A program made the translations under genes and the position numbers. From Nemertoderma westbladi (Eukaryota; Animalia; Xenacoelomorpha), in contig JAUCBJ010008954.1 of assembly GCA_032718475.1 (NCBI GenBank), positions 43,404 to 107,403 on the forward strand: a stretch of 64,000 bases of DNA, written 5' to 3'. The notes under the pieces were generated by a model. That model was given only the letters and a program-made list of their open reading frames with translations. It was not told the DNA's origin and did no database searches. Below, piece by piece: positions 28,001-41,275 of the stretch (its first letter is position 1; the number at the start of each line of letters is the position of its first letter).

Positions 28001-29826
28001 AGGTCATCTGATAAAAAATTACAGAGATGGGAGGCCGAGGTCGTCTGATAAAAAATTACAGAGATGGGAGGCCGAGGTCGTCTAAGGAAAAATTACAGTG
28101 ATGGGAGGCCGAGCTCATCTAAGGAAAAATTACAGAGATGGGAGGCCGAGCTCATCTGAGAAAAAATTACAGAGATGGGAGGCCGAGCTCATCTGAGAAA
28201 AAATTACAGAGATGGGAGGCCGAGCTCATCTAAAGAAAAATTACAGAGATGGGAGGCCGAGCTCATCTAAGGAAAAATTACGGACATGGGAGGCCGAGCT
28301 CAGCTGAGAAAAAATTACAGAGATGGGAGGCCGAGGTCGTCTAAGGAAAAATTACAGTGATGGGAGGCCGAGCTCATCTAAGGAAAAATTACAGAGATGG
28401 GAGGCCGAGCTCATCTGAGAAAAAATTACAGAGATGGGAGGCCGAGCTCATCTGATAAAAAATTACAGAGATGGGAGGCCGAGGTCATCTAAGGAAAAAT
28501 TACAGAGATGGAAGGCCGAGCTCATCTAAGGAAAAATTACAGAGATGGGAGGCCGAGCTCATCTAAAGAAAAATTACAGAGATGGGAGGCCGAGCTCATC
28601 TAAGGAAAAATTACGGACATGGGAGGCCGAGCTCAGCTGAGAAAAAATTACAGAGATGGGAGGCCGAGCTCATCTAAGGAAAAATTACAGAGATGGGAGG
28701 CCGAGCTCATCTGATTAAAAATTACAGAGATGGGAGGCCGAGGTCATCTGATAAAAAATTACAGAGATGGGGGGCCGAGCTCATCTGATAAAAAATTACA
28801 GAGATGGGAGGCCGAGCTCATCTAAGAAAAAATTACAGAGATGGGAGGCCGAGCTCATCTAAGGAAAAATTACAGAGATGGGAGGCCGAGCTCATCTAAG
28901 GAAAAATTACAGAGATGGGAGGCCGATGTCATCTAAGGAAACATTACAGAGATGGGAGGCCGAGGTCATCTAAGGAAAAATTACAGAGATGGGAGGCCGA
29001 GCTCATCTAAGGAAAAATTACAGAGATGGGAGGCCGAGCTCATCTAAGGAAAAATTACAGAGATGGGAGGCCGAGCTCATCTAAAGAAAAATTACAGAGA
29101 TGGGAGGCCGAGCTCATCTGATAAAAAATTACAGAGATGGGAGGCCGAGGTCATCTGATAAAAAATTACAGAGATGGGAGGCCGAGGTCGTCTGATAAAA
29201 AATTACAGAGATGGGAGGCCGAGGTCGTCTAAGGAAAAATTACAGTGATGGGAGGCCGAGCTCATCTAAGGAAAAATTACAGAGATGGGAGGCCGAGCTC
29301 ATCTGATAAAAAATTACAGAGATGGGAGGCCGAGGTCATCTGATAAAAAATTACAGAGATGGGAGGCCGAGGTCGTCTAAGGAAAAATTACAGTGATGGG
29401 AGGCCGAGCTCATCTAAGGAAAAATTACAGAGATGGGAGGCCGAGCTCATCTGAGAAAGAATTACAGAGATGGGAGGCCGAGGTCATCTAAGGAAAAATT
29501 ACAGAGATGGGAGGCCGAGCTCAGCTGAGAAAAATTACAGAGATTGGAGGCCGAGCTCAGCTGAGAAAAAATTACAGAGATGGGAGGCCGAGCTCATCTG
29601 AGAAAAAATTACAGAGATGGGATGCCGAGCTCATCTGAGAAAAAATTACAGAGATGGGAGGCCGAGCTCAGCTGAGAAAAATTACAGAGATTGGAGGCCG
29701 ATCTCAGCTGAGAAAAAATTACAGAGATGGGAGGCCGAGTTCATCTGAGAAAAAATTACAGAGATGGGATGCCGAGCTCATCTGAGAAAAAATTACAGTA
29801 CAGAGACATGGGAGGCCGAGCTCAGC
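25061..29826 (-). repeat. 37-bp satellite, about 129 copies; the unit is the exon-5 acceptor junction (tttttccttag|ATGAGCtcggcctcccatctctgtaa)
   Basis: Period of 37 measured (25081 to 25118). The array abuts exon 5 exactly. Confidence 0.97.
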
Positions 29827-30197
29827 AGATTAAGTTAAGTTAGAGTTAGAAAGGCAAGTAAGACGGAATAGAAAAATCAGGGAAGAAATTCTTTGAACTT
29901 ATAGCAAAATTATTGTCGGATATAATGTTGTTCGAAGTTCGAAAAGTACAAGTACTCATATTAATATCTTTATTACATGGCGAACAAATAAGCAAGCATG
30001 GTTGATTATATAATAATACTGGTAAATAAAGGAACTCTCAGTGAAGAACAACAAAAATGTTAGACAAAAAACAAACAAAATGTAGTAATAACGCTGACAT
30101 TTCAAAATGTGTTCGACAGATATTTAGGCACATTGACGTAAGGTCATATACTATATTATTATTACAAGCGCCTGTGAATTCAATGACAACCACTTAC

Positions 30198-30926
30198 CCG
30201 ATTCATGGAATCCGTATTGCCTCTTCCTTGGCCGCGAATGGGAATCCGACCGGGACAGTTCCGATCCCATCGCTCCCGACCCTGGAGCGGGGCCGGACGG
30301 GTTGGATTCCGCAGCGAACTGAGTTAGCGGATCGACAACGACGGGATGAAGCCGAGCGGAATCCCGGGGTTCCGCGTCCTTCTGGAAGGATCCCCGACGG
30401 GACGACACCCTCTCCGAGTCCCTCAACGAGCCACGCCGCGGTCGCTCAACGCGATCCCGTTCCGAACGCACTGAACCCCGTCGATCGAGCAGCGAACCAC
30501 GGCGTTCGCGATCGATCAGCGAACCTTGTCGGGACCGCGTTGAACCGTGCAGGACGTGTCGCTGCCGCACAGATCCGTCGCGGTGTCGGACAGATCCGTG
30601 GCGAGAAGGGACAGACGTCGGACTGTCCCGGAGAGAACCCTGCCGGGAGTGGAACGAACCCTGTCGGGAGTGGAACGAACCCTGTCGAGAGTGGAACGAA
30701 CCCTGTCGAGAGTGGAACGAACCATGTCGGGAAGGAACCGATCTCATGGAACCGGATCGATCTTTAAGAGATCCGTGGAGGGAATGGCGTCTCGGTCTAG
30801 TGGAACTGCGTTTGGACGGATCCGGCGACACCGGAAGAATATCTTGGGTCGATCCAGATAAGTCGCCATCCTCTTTGTCGAAACCAGCATCGGAAACATT
30901 TGCTTCCTTGGTATATTCATTGGTTA
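30198..30926 (-). CDS. pcx: Pecanex exon 4 (Arg/Ser-rich, RQGSFHS repeats)
   Basis: gtttcag| acceptor and |gtaagt donor. 729 bp, phase 1-1, open frame. Confidence 0.8.
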
Positions 30927-31031
30927 CTGAAACCGCCAATAAATTAATTATAAAAAAAATAATTAGATATTTAAAAATTATTAAATAAATAAATTTCAAT
31001 CTATCACTTAACATAACACCGCTAATATATG

Positions 31032-31737
31032 TAACCTGTACAGATATTCACTTTTGTACAGACAGACTACAGAGTTCACTTACCTGTACACATAGTTAAC
31101 TCATCGATGCAGATAGTTCACTTACCTGTGCAGATAGTTAACTTACCTGTACAGATAGTTCACTTACCTGTACAGATAGTTTACTTACCTGTACAGATAG
31201 TTCACTTACCTGTACAGATAGTTAACTTATATGTACAGATAGTTCACTTACCTGTACAGATAGTTAACTTACCTGTATAGATAGTTCACATACCTGTACA
31301 GATAGTTAGCTTACCTGCACAGATAGTTCACTTACCTGTACAGATAGTTAACTTATCTGTACAGATAGTTAACTTACCTGTACAGATAGTTCATTACCTG
31401 TACAGATAGTTCACTTACCTGTACAGATAGTTCACTTACATGTACAGATAGTTAACTTACCTGTACAGATAGTTCATTACCTGTACAGATAGTTCACTTA
31501 CCTGTACAGATAGTTAACTTACCTGTACAGATAGTTCATTACCTGTACAGATAGTTCACTTACCTGTACAGATAGTTAACTTACCTGTACAGATAGTTCA
31601 CTTACCTGTACAGATAGTTAACTTACCTGTACAGATAGTTAACTTACCTGTACAGATAGTTCATTACCTGTACAGATAGTTCACTTACCTGTACAGATAG
31701 TTAACTTACCTGTACAGATAGTTCACTTACCTGTACT
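31032..31737 (-). repeat. 21-bp satellite, about 32 copies; the unit is the exon-3 donor junction (tatctgtACAG|GTAAGTgaac)
   Basis: Plus-strand GTTCACTTACCTGTACAGATA repeats. The array starts exactly at the exon end and decays away from it. Confidence 0.97.
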
Positions 31738-32030
31738 AATCTTACGTTGACGTTGTGTGGCGGGTGCGGGAGAGGAATACATCTCCGATTTAGCAACTCC
31801 GGTCGAACTATCCGGGTCCAATTGAGCCGGTTGCTCGGTGGAAGTGGCGTTGCTATGGCTACCGTTATTGATGGTGTCGGTGAGTCTAGTTCTCCCGGTG
31901 GAGGTTGTACAGCTGTCTGACCCGCTGGAAGGGCCCCTGGTGGAGCCGCCAGAGGAATGTATCCGGACCTTACGGAAGGCGCGACGACTCGCTTTGTTGT
32001 GGTCCAAAGGAGAAAGATGGTGGGAGGATA
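31731..32030 (-). CDS. pcx: Pecanex exon 3
   Basis: gcgtttcag| acceptor and |gtaagt donor. 300 bp, phase 1-1, open (VSSHHLSPLDHNKASRRAFRKVR..). Confidence 0.78.
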
Positions 32031-32393
32031 CTGAAACGCAATATAAGCAGGTTTATTACCACGGCGTCGGCTAGTAGAAGTTGTGATCGCTGCTAGACTT
32101 AATACCTAAAGCAATGCGAAGACTAAGTCCATAATAACCAGGTCAAGGTTGCACATAGTATAAAACGTGACTGAAAATTCATTTTTTCAGTGTACTCATT
32201 TATCCCATTAATTTTCAACCACAAGGAAGAGGTTGAAGATAAGGCTATCATCTGTTGATCATTATGTTCAAAAAGTTCCCTAAGGGTACAGCTCTGATAT
32301 TTTGTGTGAAATACTTGACATTTAAATCTTCAAGCAACGGGCATTGTATAAAAATATGTAGTTCTTCGTTATTGTTAGAGCTGCAAGTCCACC

Positions 32394-34144
32394 TATGGAA
32401 TACTAAATATACACGGAAGGACAAATGTATCATACGACCCCTGGAGGCAATTTTTATAAAACACTATAGATATGGATGACAGAAAACCGCTGCTAAATTT
32501 TTTTCCAAATCTGCCATGCCGTTTTTGAGATATAGCATTATATATAACGCTCCCATTGCCTACTATATATCCACGGCCTAATAAGCTGCATATTGAGGTC
32601 ATTCAAAAAGAGAACAGTTTTTTTACAACGATTTGATATTTTGATATAATTCTATAATTTGACTGAATTGAAGTTTCCTCGTTAAGCAAGATACTAACTT
32701 ACACCATGTGCCGTAATATAGTGTCTTTATTCAGGTACCCCCCCCCCCCCCCCCCCCAATTTTTTACAAATCTTAATGAGATTGCATGAAATTTGAAACA
32801 GAGTCAGTTTTACCTCCCTCCTCCTTGCTGGGGGAGCCAGAATTTTTATTTTCGTTTTCATTCTTTGCTTAAATAAGGTGTCTCCGTCGATATTTCACAT
32901 GTCACAGTGCAATCATTCTTCAACTTATAGTAATTTGATGGTACCAATAGAAAGCTGCCCATGCAAGGATTCCAAATATGTAAAAATATTAGAATTTGGT
33001 TGGGAAATAATACCTGAGATATAGGCATTCGAATGTTGCATGTATTTGCTTCCCCTGCAGGCCATTTATTCTATCTGTACCATATTCTAGAACATTTGAA
33101 ATATTATTACATAAATTATAATATTATTATGACATATATACGTTATATAAGTTATAACAGTGTCCAGTGGGGGTGGGGGGGGGGGGGGCATTTAAGGAAC
33201 AAGGTACCTTTAAGGTACCATTTAAGGCTAACATTTAAGGTACCTGAATAACGACACTATATTCCAGGACATGCATGGTGTATATGGTAGTGTCTTAGGT
33301 AGGTTTAGCTAGTAATTTTGACACTGGTTCGGACATCCAACTTCCTTCTATAAATATTTTGTAGTAGCTAATTCTTATTACTATTCGTATAGAAAATGTT
33401 CCAGAACATGTTAGCTTTTCATTTTTATAAAAAATAGGTTTAGAACAAATATTTTTTGTTCTATAACATTTATTTGAAAAAAATCTGGATTCTATTTAAA
33501 ACGCATAGCATCCATCGTTCTAAAACGTGTTTAAAATCAATAAAAAAAATGCCCAGGTACGTATGGAATAACCAAAATGTTCTAGAATAGGGTACATTAA
33601 TTAAATAGAATAAATGGCCTGCAGGGGAAGCAAATACATGCAACATTCGAATGCCCATCCCAACCTATTTAGGGGGTATTTCCCAAACAAATTCAAACAT
33701 TTTTACATATTTTTAATCCTTGCATGGGCAGCTTTCTATTGGTAACATCAAATCACAATAAGGCTGAAGAATGATTGCACCCGTGAGATGTGAAATATCG
33801 ACGGAGACACCTTATTTAAGGAAAGAATGAAAACGAAAATAAAAATTCTGGCTCACCCAGCAAGGAGGAGGGAGGTAAAACTGACTCTGTTTCAAATTTC
33901 ATGCAATCTCATTAAGATTTTTATAAAAATTTGGGGGGGGGGGGGCAGGTACCTGAATAACAACACTATATTACGGCACATGGTGTAAGTAAGTCTTGCT
34001 TAACGAGGAAACTTCAATGCAGTCAAATTAAAGAATTATTTAGCAGCGGTTTTCTGTCATCCATATCTGTCATTTTATAAAATAAAAAGATTGCCCCCAG
34101 GGGTATGATACATTTGTCCTTCCGCGTATATTTAGTATTCCATG
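32394..34144. mobile_element. Foldback-type non-autonomous element with ~550-700 bp inverted arms
   Basis: 32395-33095 is an imperfect inverted copy of ~33575-34143. A 7-bp direct repeat GTCCACC flanks it (32387-93, 34145-51). Fragments recur at ~5015-5070 and ~63945-63985. Confidence 0.75.
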
Positions 34145-34159
34145 GTCCACCGGGGGAAT

Positions 34160-36530
34160 CTCTGGAAATGGATTGTTTTCGGCTGGAACCCAGTTCAAGA
34201 AGCGAACTGGAAAGCTATGGACTCATAGTGGACCCAGTGGTCACAAGTCCGAGATAGACCATATCCTGTTTCGTAGGAAATACAGGAGCTTTATACAAGA
34301 CTGTAATGCATTTACACACGACCCTTCTCCAGTGATCACCGCCTTATTGTGGCCAAGGTACGACTTAGTCTGCGTGCTAGCAGAACAACGAAATCTGCCT
34401 TGCCGCGGCATGACTGGTCCTCTCTGTTGCAACAGCCAAGTGCGAGATACAGCTTCACACTACAGTTGAGCAACAGGTATGAGGTTCTTGCCTTTGAGGC
34501 GGCAGATCACTGTGAGGGCTATACTGCCTTAACAGATGCAGTTAAGTTAGCAGCTGCAGAAACAGTTCCTGTATACCCTCAAAACAGGAAACGGGCCCCC
34601 TGGACTGACAACAAAATTCAGAAGTGCCGAAATGACCTCTACAAGGCGCAGAAAGAGTCCCGACTCAAACAGACTACAGCGGCCAAGAATGCAGTTAAGG
34701 CTGCATCTAGGTCCCTGAACAGGCAGTACTCTGTTAATTTACAGGAGCTAATAAACCAACAGGTTGATGCCATCAATGATGCTGACGACAGCAGGCAATC
34801 ATCCCAGGCATGGAGATCGATCAACTTGCTTGCTGGTCGAAAAAGCCAACCAACCACCAAGGTTAAGGCTGAATCACCAGCCGATCGCCTCAATGGTTGG
34901 AAAGCCCACTTTGAAAAGCTCCACAATAATGACAGGGTATTGCCTGATAACTTTATAGAAGTAAAAGTGTCTGAGTCTGTACTCCCAGATATTCCCATTG
35001 GTGATATCTCCTTTGCAGAAGTGAAGGCTGCTGCAAAGAGCATTAAGAGCAATCGTGCCAGTGGAGTTTGAAAAGCTCCTCAATAATGACAGGGTATTGC
35101 CTGATAACTTTATAGAAGTAAAAGTGTCTGAGTCTGTACTCCCAGATATTCCCATTGGTGATATCTCCTTTGCAGAAGTGAAGGCTGCTGCAAAGAGCAT
35201 TAAGACCAATCGTGCCAGTGGAGTAGATGGTGTTCCCCCTGAGGTCTTTAAAATACCTGAGTGTTTAAAGCTCATCTACCCCATCATAGTAGACATGTAC
35301 CGAACAATAAGAGATAACAAATAAGTTGGTGCCAGTTCCCAAGAAGGGCAACCTAACACTCTATGGTTCTTTTCGGGGAATCTCATTGATCTCGATTGCT
35401 GCAAAGCTATACAATAGAATTATATTAAATCTCATCAGGGATCCCATTGAGAGACTGCTCCGTGGAAATCAGAATGGGTTCCGTAAAGGTCGTGGGACCA
35501 TGGAGTCCATTTTGGCACTTAGAAGGATAATTGAAGAGTTATCAAAAAAGAAAGACAGGCATCTGGCTGTTATCTTTGTTGACTTCTTCAAGGCCTTTGA
35601 TTCAGTCTCTTCCTCACGTATGTTCAGCATACTTTCATTATATGGGATTCCTGTTGAAATTATTGCAGCAATCAGATCAGTATACGATGGTTCGACAACA
35701 TTTGTGTCTACTGTTGACGGTGACACAGAACCATTTGAAGTGTTATGGGGCGTCCTCCAAGGAGACACACTTGCACCATTCTTGTTCATAATTGTGGTTG
35801 ACTATGTTCTACGCATGTCCTTAGATCATCATAATGATGATGGGGTGATAACTCCACCTACTGGCTCCAGAAGTCGAGGAAATCCTGCCAAGTACGTAAC
35901 TGATCTAGACTTTGCTGATGACTTAGGAGTTATTGAGCATGTGGACGACTTCTGTTACCTGGGATCATGGATCCGGAAGTCAGGTGAGGAGGACCTTCAA
36001 ATACGTAAGGGTAAGGCATGGGCAGCCTTGAATAGGCGTTCCAGTATTTGGAAGTCACCGATAATTAATCGGAAAGTTAAGGTCCGATTATTTAGAGCAA
36101 CAGTAGTTCCAGTACTCATCAATGGGAGTCCATGCTGGGCTCTAACTGCTGAGGACACCAAATCTCTGGATGGCACATTCACAAGAATGCTACGCCGGGT
36201 TCATTGTGTCAAGTACAATGCACACATCTCCAACCAGACACTATATAACATTGGAGGTGTCTCATTGGTTCCCCCAAGCTTGACACTAGAACAAAATCGC
36301 CTCCGCTTTGCAGGACATTGGTTTCGCCGTGAAGACCAGCCAGTGCATAATCTTGTACTTTGGCAGCCTCATGGAGTGAATAAGCATGGTGGACAGCCCA
36401 TGACTTTCTTGAGACGCATCTTAAAGGACACTGGCCTTGAAGATGCGGATGATCTAGCAAATGTCATGGGTGATAGGGAGTTGTGGCGGCGCAATTTTGA
36501 CAACAAGCCGGCACAGCATTCTTAATATAT
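34160..36530 (+). mobile_element. RTE-clade LINE (subfamily B), degenerate: endonuclease C-terminus plus RT
   Basis: SEIDHILF, NQNGFRKGRGT, FVDFFKAFDSV, GVLQGDTLAPFLF, DFADDL. Has frameshifts, a 157-bp internal tandem duplication (34910/35067) and a deletion near 35930. Confidence 0.9.
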
Positions 36531-36608
36531 GAGCTAAAATCAATTTACTATAAATCTAAGAATAGAATGGAGACTTCATTTTCTGTGATATAGTGATAAT
36601 AAACTCAC

Positions 36609-36675
36609 CGCTTTGGGTTTCTGTTGGTGACGTCACACTTTGGGGGGCCGTTGTAGTTTTATGTTGAAGTCCCAT
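36609..36675 (-). CDS. pcx: Pecanex exon 2 (predicted)
   Basis: ttttacag| acceptor and |gtgagt donor. At 67 bp it bridges the phase-0 end of exon 1 to the phase-1 start of exon 3 (MGLQHKTTTAPQSVTSPTETQS). Confidence 0.7.
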
Positions 36676-36762
36676 CTGTAAAATAGTTACATTTACAAAT
36701 AAGTTACATTAAATTTATTTATTAAACATTATAAATCACAGTAAAATAAGATAAGTATTTAA

Positions 36763-36883
36763 TACATGGGAAAAAGTATAACTTTTTATTACTATTCTCG
36801 AAGCATTTCATTTACTGAGCGCCAACGAGGTTAATAAAGAGAGAATATTTAAAAAAAATGTTCTACGTTTTTTTTCCCATGTA
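36763..36883. mobile_element. Small MITE-like inverted-repeat element
   Basis: TACATGGGAAAAA...TTTTTCCCATGTA. A related terminus occurs at ~63064. Confidence 0.45.
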
Positions 36884-37249
36884 ATGCGTAATTTCATTCT
36901 TAAATTGGTACTTTTTGTTGCTCAATTCTTTAATTAAAATATAGAGCGATATAGTGTTACAAAATAAATTGAACTGTAGTATTTTACTAATTTGCTTCCA
37001 TAGTTACTGCGATTCCAATTATTGTTCTCTTCAACTCCTGATGCTGCCTAACTCAACGTTAAATAATTTAGTGTTCTCGAATATTTATTACGTAACTAGA
37101 GAGCCGCTTAACAACCGTACGAGACACGAGTACGCCGCGCAGACACTAAAGTTGCAATAACTTTTGAGTGTGCGGATGGATTTTGCTCAGATTACGTGCA
37201 AACCTTTTCTCCTTCGATGTTCTTTCATCGCATGTAATAAAAGTTAAGA

Positions 37250-37375
37250 AGTTCCACCAAAAATATTTAACTTGACTTTTTTCGCCGGAAAAAAGTAACA
37301 TCAATACAACCCTATGGGACACTTTTTTCCCCGATTTTGGGGTATATTCGAGCGAAAAGGTAACAATTGAAGAAG
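37250..37375 (+). repeat. Dispersed repeat shared with ~63140-63300
   Basis: Both sites carry TTCGCCG.AAAAAAGTAA and CCGATTTTGGGGTATATTCGA..GCGAAAA. Confidence 0.6.
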
Positions 37376-40144
37376 ACAAATTAGAATGCACTTGGAATCT
37401 AGTCTTATTGATCTGTTTATTCAAAACGTTTATATTTTCGAAGAACTTCCTAACAATTTCTAAAAGCCTTTTTGCATATATTATATATGAATTCCTTATT
37501 TATATTGCAAAATTACACGTGGTCATAATTCAATTTTCATATCGTTATCATCATTATTATAATCGCGGGTGTCAATTTTAATTGACACTTAGGCAAATAA
37601 TCAATTATATATCTCTCTGTAGCCGAGAGGCACTTTATTACATTGATACAGCCAGGTATTTTATATCATTATATCCAATACATACAAAGTAAGGTTTGTA
37701 TATATATAAAGATAATCACCACAAATTACCTAACTTTGAAATAGTTGAGATTAGTTATCGATTGCAATAGATATTAGATTATTCATATCTTATTAATTTT
37801 AAATTATGTCAAAATTTATATTACTTTAATGATATAAAATGTTATGATGATATATAATATAATATAATGTTATGCTTATGATTATTTATCTATAGCCACT
37901 AGCCAGTAATAGTGGTCCAATGACGATATCTCAGTTTCAGATAGGGGGGAAACTGGACGCAATCAAAATTCATCCCTCTCCATTGGAAAATGACGCAAAT
38001 AACAGCTGATTATTCTCAAAAATAAAACTGTAACCTGCTCCTTTCCCTAAATTGAGGATTTAACATTGAGGAGGGATATTAATTCGCCAAGATGGGATTT
38101 GAGTGCCACCATTGATGCCCCCCCCCCCCGTCTCCTCATTTTAAGGCTAAATAATATTATGATCGCGATTTTAAAGAACATATTACATAGAAATAACAAT
38201 TAGCAAGATAAAAATACCTAAACATGGAAAACAATTAAATACAGTAGCCTACTGTAAATATAAACAAGAAATTATATTATACTGTAGTATGTATAGAGTA
38301 GGTATATCGCATACAGGTAGTGGGGAAAGAAAGTACAGTAGGCCTGGGTACCAAGATATGTCCTTAAAAATACAGCATAATATATAAAATAGATAAAACG
38401 GTAATGATGTGCCTTGTGGTGCGGACATGACAAGATATATGGTTTTTCCCCACCTAATCCTATTGTGACTTCCTTCTTTCATCATATGGTCTATAGCAAG
38501 ATCACGTACTACACAATGTTGCTGATTTACCAGCTGACTTTCCAGTTATTGGAGATACACCAAGTACTGAAACACTTATCTTGAAATGACATTCGGTTTT
38601 ATCGATATTATCAGCATTACAGCTGGCACACTTGAAATTGTACAAGATAACTGATCTAATTAAATTGCATATAGGAATCTATCCTTGATTGGGAAATATC
38701 TGGCTAGTCTTTGACTAGCATAAGTATAAGCTTATTTTAGTAAGCTCTATTTGGGGATAATTGAGATATTTCTAGTTTTATTTGATAGATTTATCAGGCA
38801 ATCTATCTTGCATATTATTTATTATATTGGTTGTACCCTTTCCGATGAACCAGATATAAAACTTTTTGAGCCATAATTATTGATGTGGCAAATAAACAAT
38901 TAGCAGAACTTTTATGATCTTCGAACAAACGGGTCTGTTGCGATGCAGCGGTATATACTATCATAACGACTGGAACTGGGTCCATCCGGTTAATGATTCG
39001 GTGGGTACCGGTAGAACCGCCAGGTACCCTAGTCCTTGTATCGCTGCATGTGGGCCCCCTAGTGGCATTTACAGCCGCTATAAGAGGTAGTAAGTTCGCG
39101 ATAGACCACGCCAACAGTATATTTCATTGGTTAGGCCTATTGGGAATAGCTACCTACCTTCCCATCCACAATTACAGTATAATGTATAATATGATTTAGT
39201 TGGGAGTCATTCATCTCCCTCTCCCCCCCCCCCCCCCCCCCCCCAACACAGATTTCACATAGCAACAAGGTACCGGTAACTACTATCAGTGGGGTGCAAA
39301 CAAACTCTAGGCCATCGATTGAAAGAACTCTGAACTTCCACGTAGTTAGCAATTTAGTTTCCAGGGCAACGGAAATTTGTCTTATAACTTTTAATATCAC
39401 TTCGGCTGATACAATATGTAACTTATTTACTCCAATTAACTAAGCAATTGAGGGTATTTCGAATGTAACCTGGCCCCTCAGATTTGTCGTCTCAAAAATA
39501 AATTGTTCCAAAAAATGGACCATTATTCATAACTATTGTGATATTTAAACTAAAATCGATAAATAAATTACTCACACAATCAATACAGCTAAGGTTAAGA
39601 GATTAATAGAGCAAGATGCATTAGAATACTATTGATCTTTGAATGATAATCATGGCAATGATTCAACTAATTTGGATGCGACTTCTAGTTACCAAGTTAC
39701 TAAAATTATATAATGAGACAGACCAGTGTAAGTTTCATACATTCCATACCATTCCAGCCCCAACCCTTGGCGGCATAAGTAAAGTAATGAATCCTCCCTC
39801 ATAAATACTCTCTTAAATTATTTAACACTGAGTGAGGCAACAAGTATTAGGCGTCGTTGAAGAGTACAATAATTGGAAGAGCAGTAACTAACTAATATGG
39901 AAGCAACGAAGCTTACAAGGAAATAAATTCCATTCATAATGACCAGAGGGAGTAAAAGATTAACTTTTGCATTTTTTTCCTGTTACGAAATGAGTTATAA
40001 TTGTTTTTGGGCAATAAAAACACATCTGGTAATGGTAACCACACTAACCCACCAACATTCATAAAGTAATCATTCGAACAGCTGTAACATAATCTGCCGC
40101 GTTACAAGGCATGTCAGTTACTGACAGTAACGTAATAAACTCAC

Positions 40145-41275
40145 CCGGTAGTTGAGCCGGAGCTCGGCCAGCGCCACGTCGGTACTTCGATCGGACGGCG
40201 ACTGGCTGTCATTGCTACGGGAACCCCCGACGGCCCAGCTGGTCCGACGTCGGGCCTCGCGGTGCCGGGGACTAGCCAATCCCCGCCGACTCGCCATGGC
40301 AACCACGTCGCTGGGCCGACGGATCCGTTTGGCGTTCTGTCGGGTCAGCGGGGTGGACAGCGAGTGAGAGCGAGTGGACCTAGCTCTAACGACGGGGGCG
40401 GGGCGGGACTCCACGAACACAGACTCCTCCAGCTCCCCGGGGGGACTCCCTTTACGGGGAGTCTCGCTGGCGGTGGTGACGTCACGCGACGACTCCAATC
40501 CGGTCGGCAGGGTGTCCGTGACGGTGGAGCTGTAGTACCCAGCGGGGGCCTCATCCCCGGAACTCTCGACCAACCCTTTAGGGGCCCCGGTACGGCGACT
40601 CTTGGGTCGGGCGCCTTGTTGCTCGAACAACGCACGTTGCGCTTCGGACACCGGCTCCTCGTACCGGGTCGAGCTGTCCATCGGCCCGCCGTCAACCACC
40701 AACAACCGGTCCGTGTCCCGTCTCTCTTCCCGATGGATATCCGCCGCTACTACCGGCACTCTCTCGGCGGTGTTTTCCTCGACATTTTCTCGGTATTTAC
40801 CGGAGCTATCGAGGATGTTCCACAGCAAGGAATCCTCCAGCTGGGATTCCCTACTTAGGAAGTCGTTTAGAACCATCTCCGTTCGTTTATCGATGGAATC
40901 ACTCGAATCGTTCAATCGATCCAGTTCGATATCCTCCGACTTATCGGCTGCATCCGCTTCCACATTCTGGTTGTTCGTCGCCTTCGGAGTAACTTTATCC
41001 TCCAGAACAACGGCGGAGTCGAACAGGCGATGGACGTAAAAGTTAACGAATTTGAGTGCGGCAAACAGCACCACTACGGTGGCGGTGTAGAGAGTCCAGA
41101 CGAGGTAGGTCGGGGTGGCGATTACGTACAGAGAGAAGGGAAAGAGGAATAGGAACAACCAGAGGTACAGATGAAAGCAGTTGGAGGCGTGACTCTGTCT
41201 GGGGTCGTAGTACCAGCCGCCAGTTAGGGACGCCCAGATACCTTGACGGGCAATCTCAGATACTTGGTAGCCCAT
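40145..41275 (-). CDS. pcx: Pecanex exon 1
   Basis: MGYQVSEIARQGIWASLTGGWYYDPRQ..NCFHLYLWLFL is the hallmark pecanex N-terminus. Donor CGG|gtgagt. Confidence 0.95.

Noticed and set aside
25061-29826. CRISPR array or coding repeat
   Set aside because: The 37-bp units run head-to-tail with no unique spacers and frequent stops.
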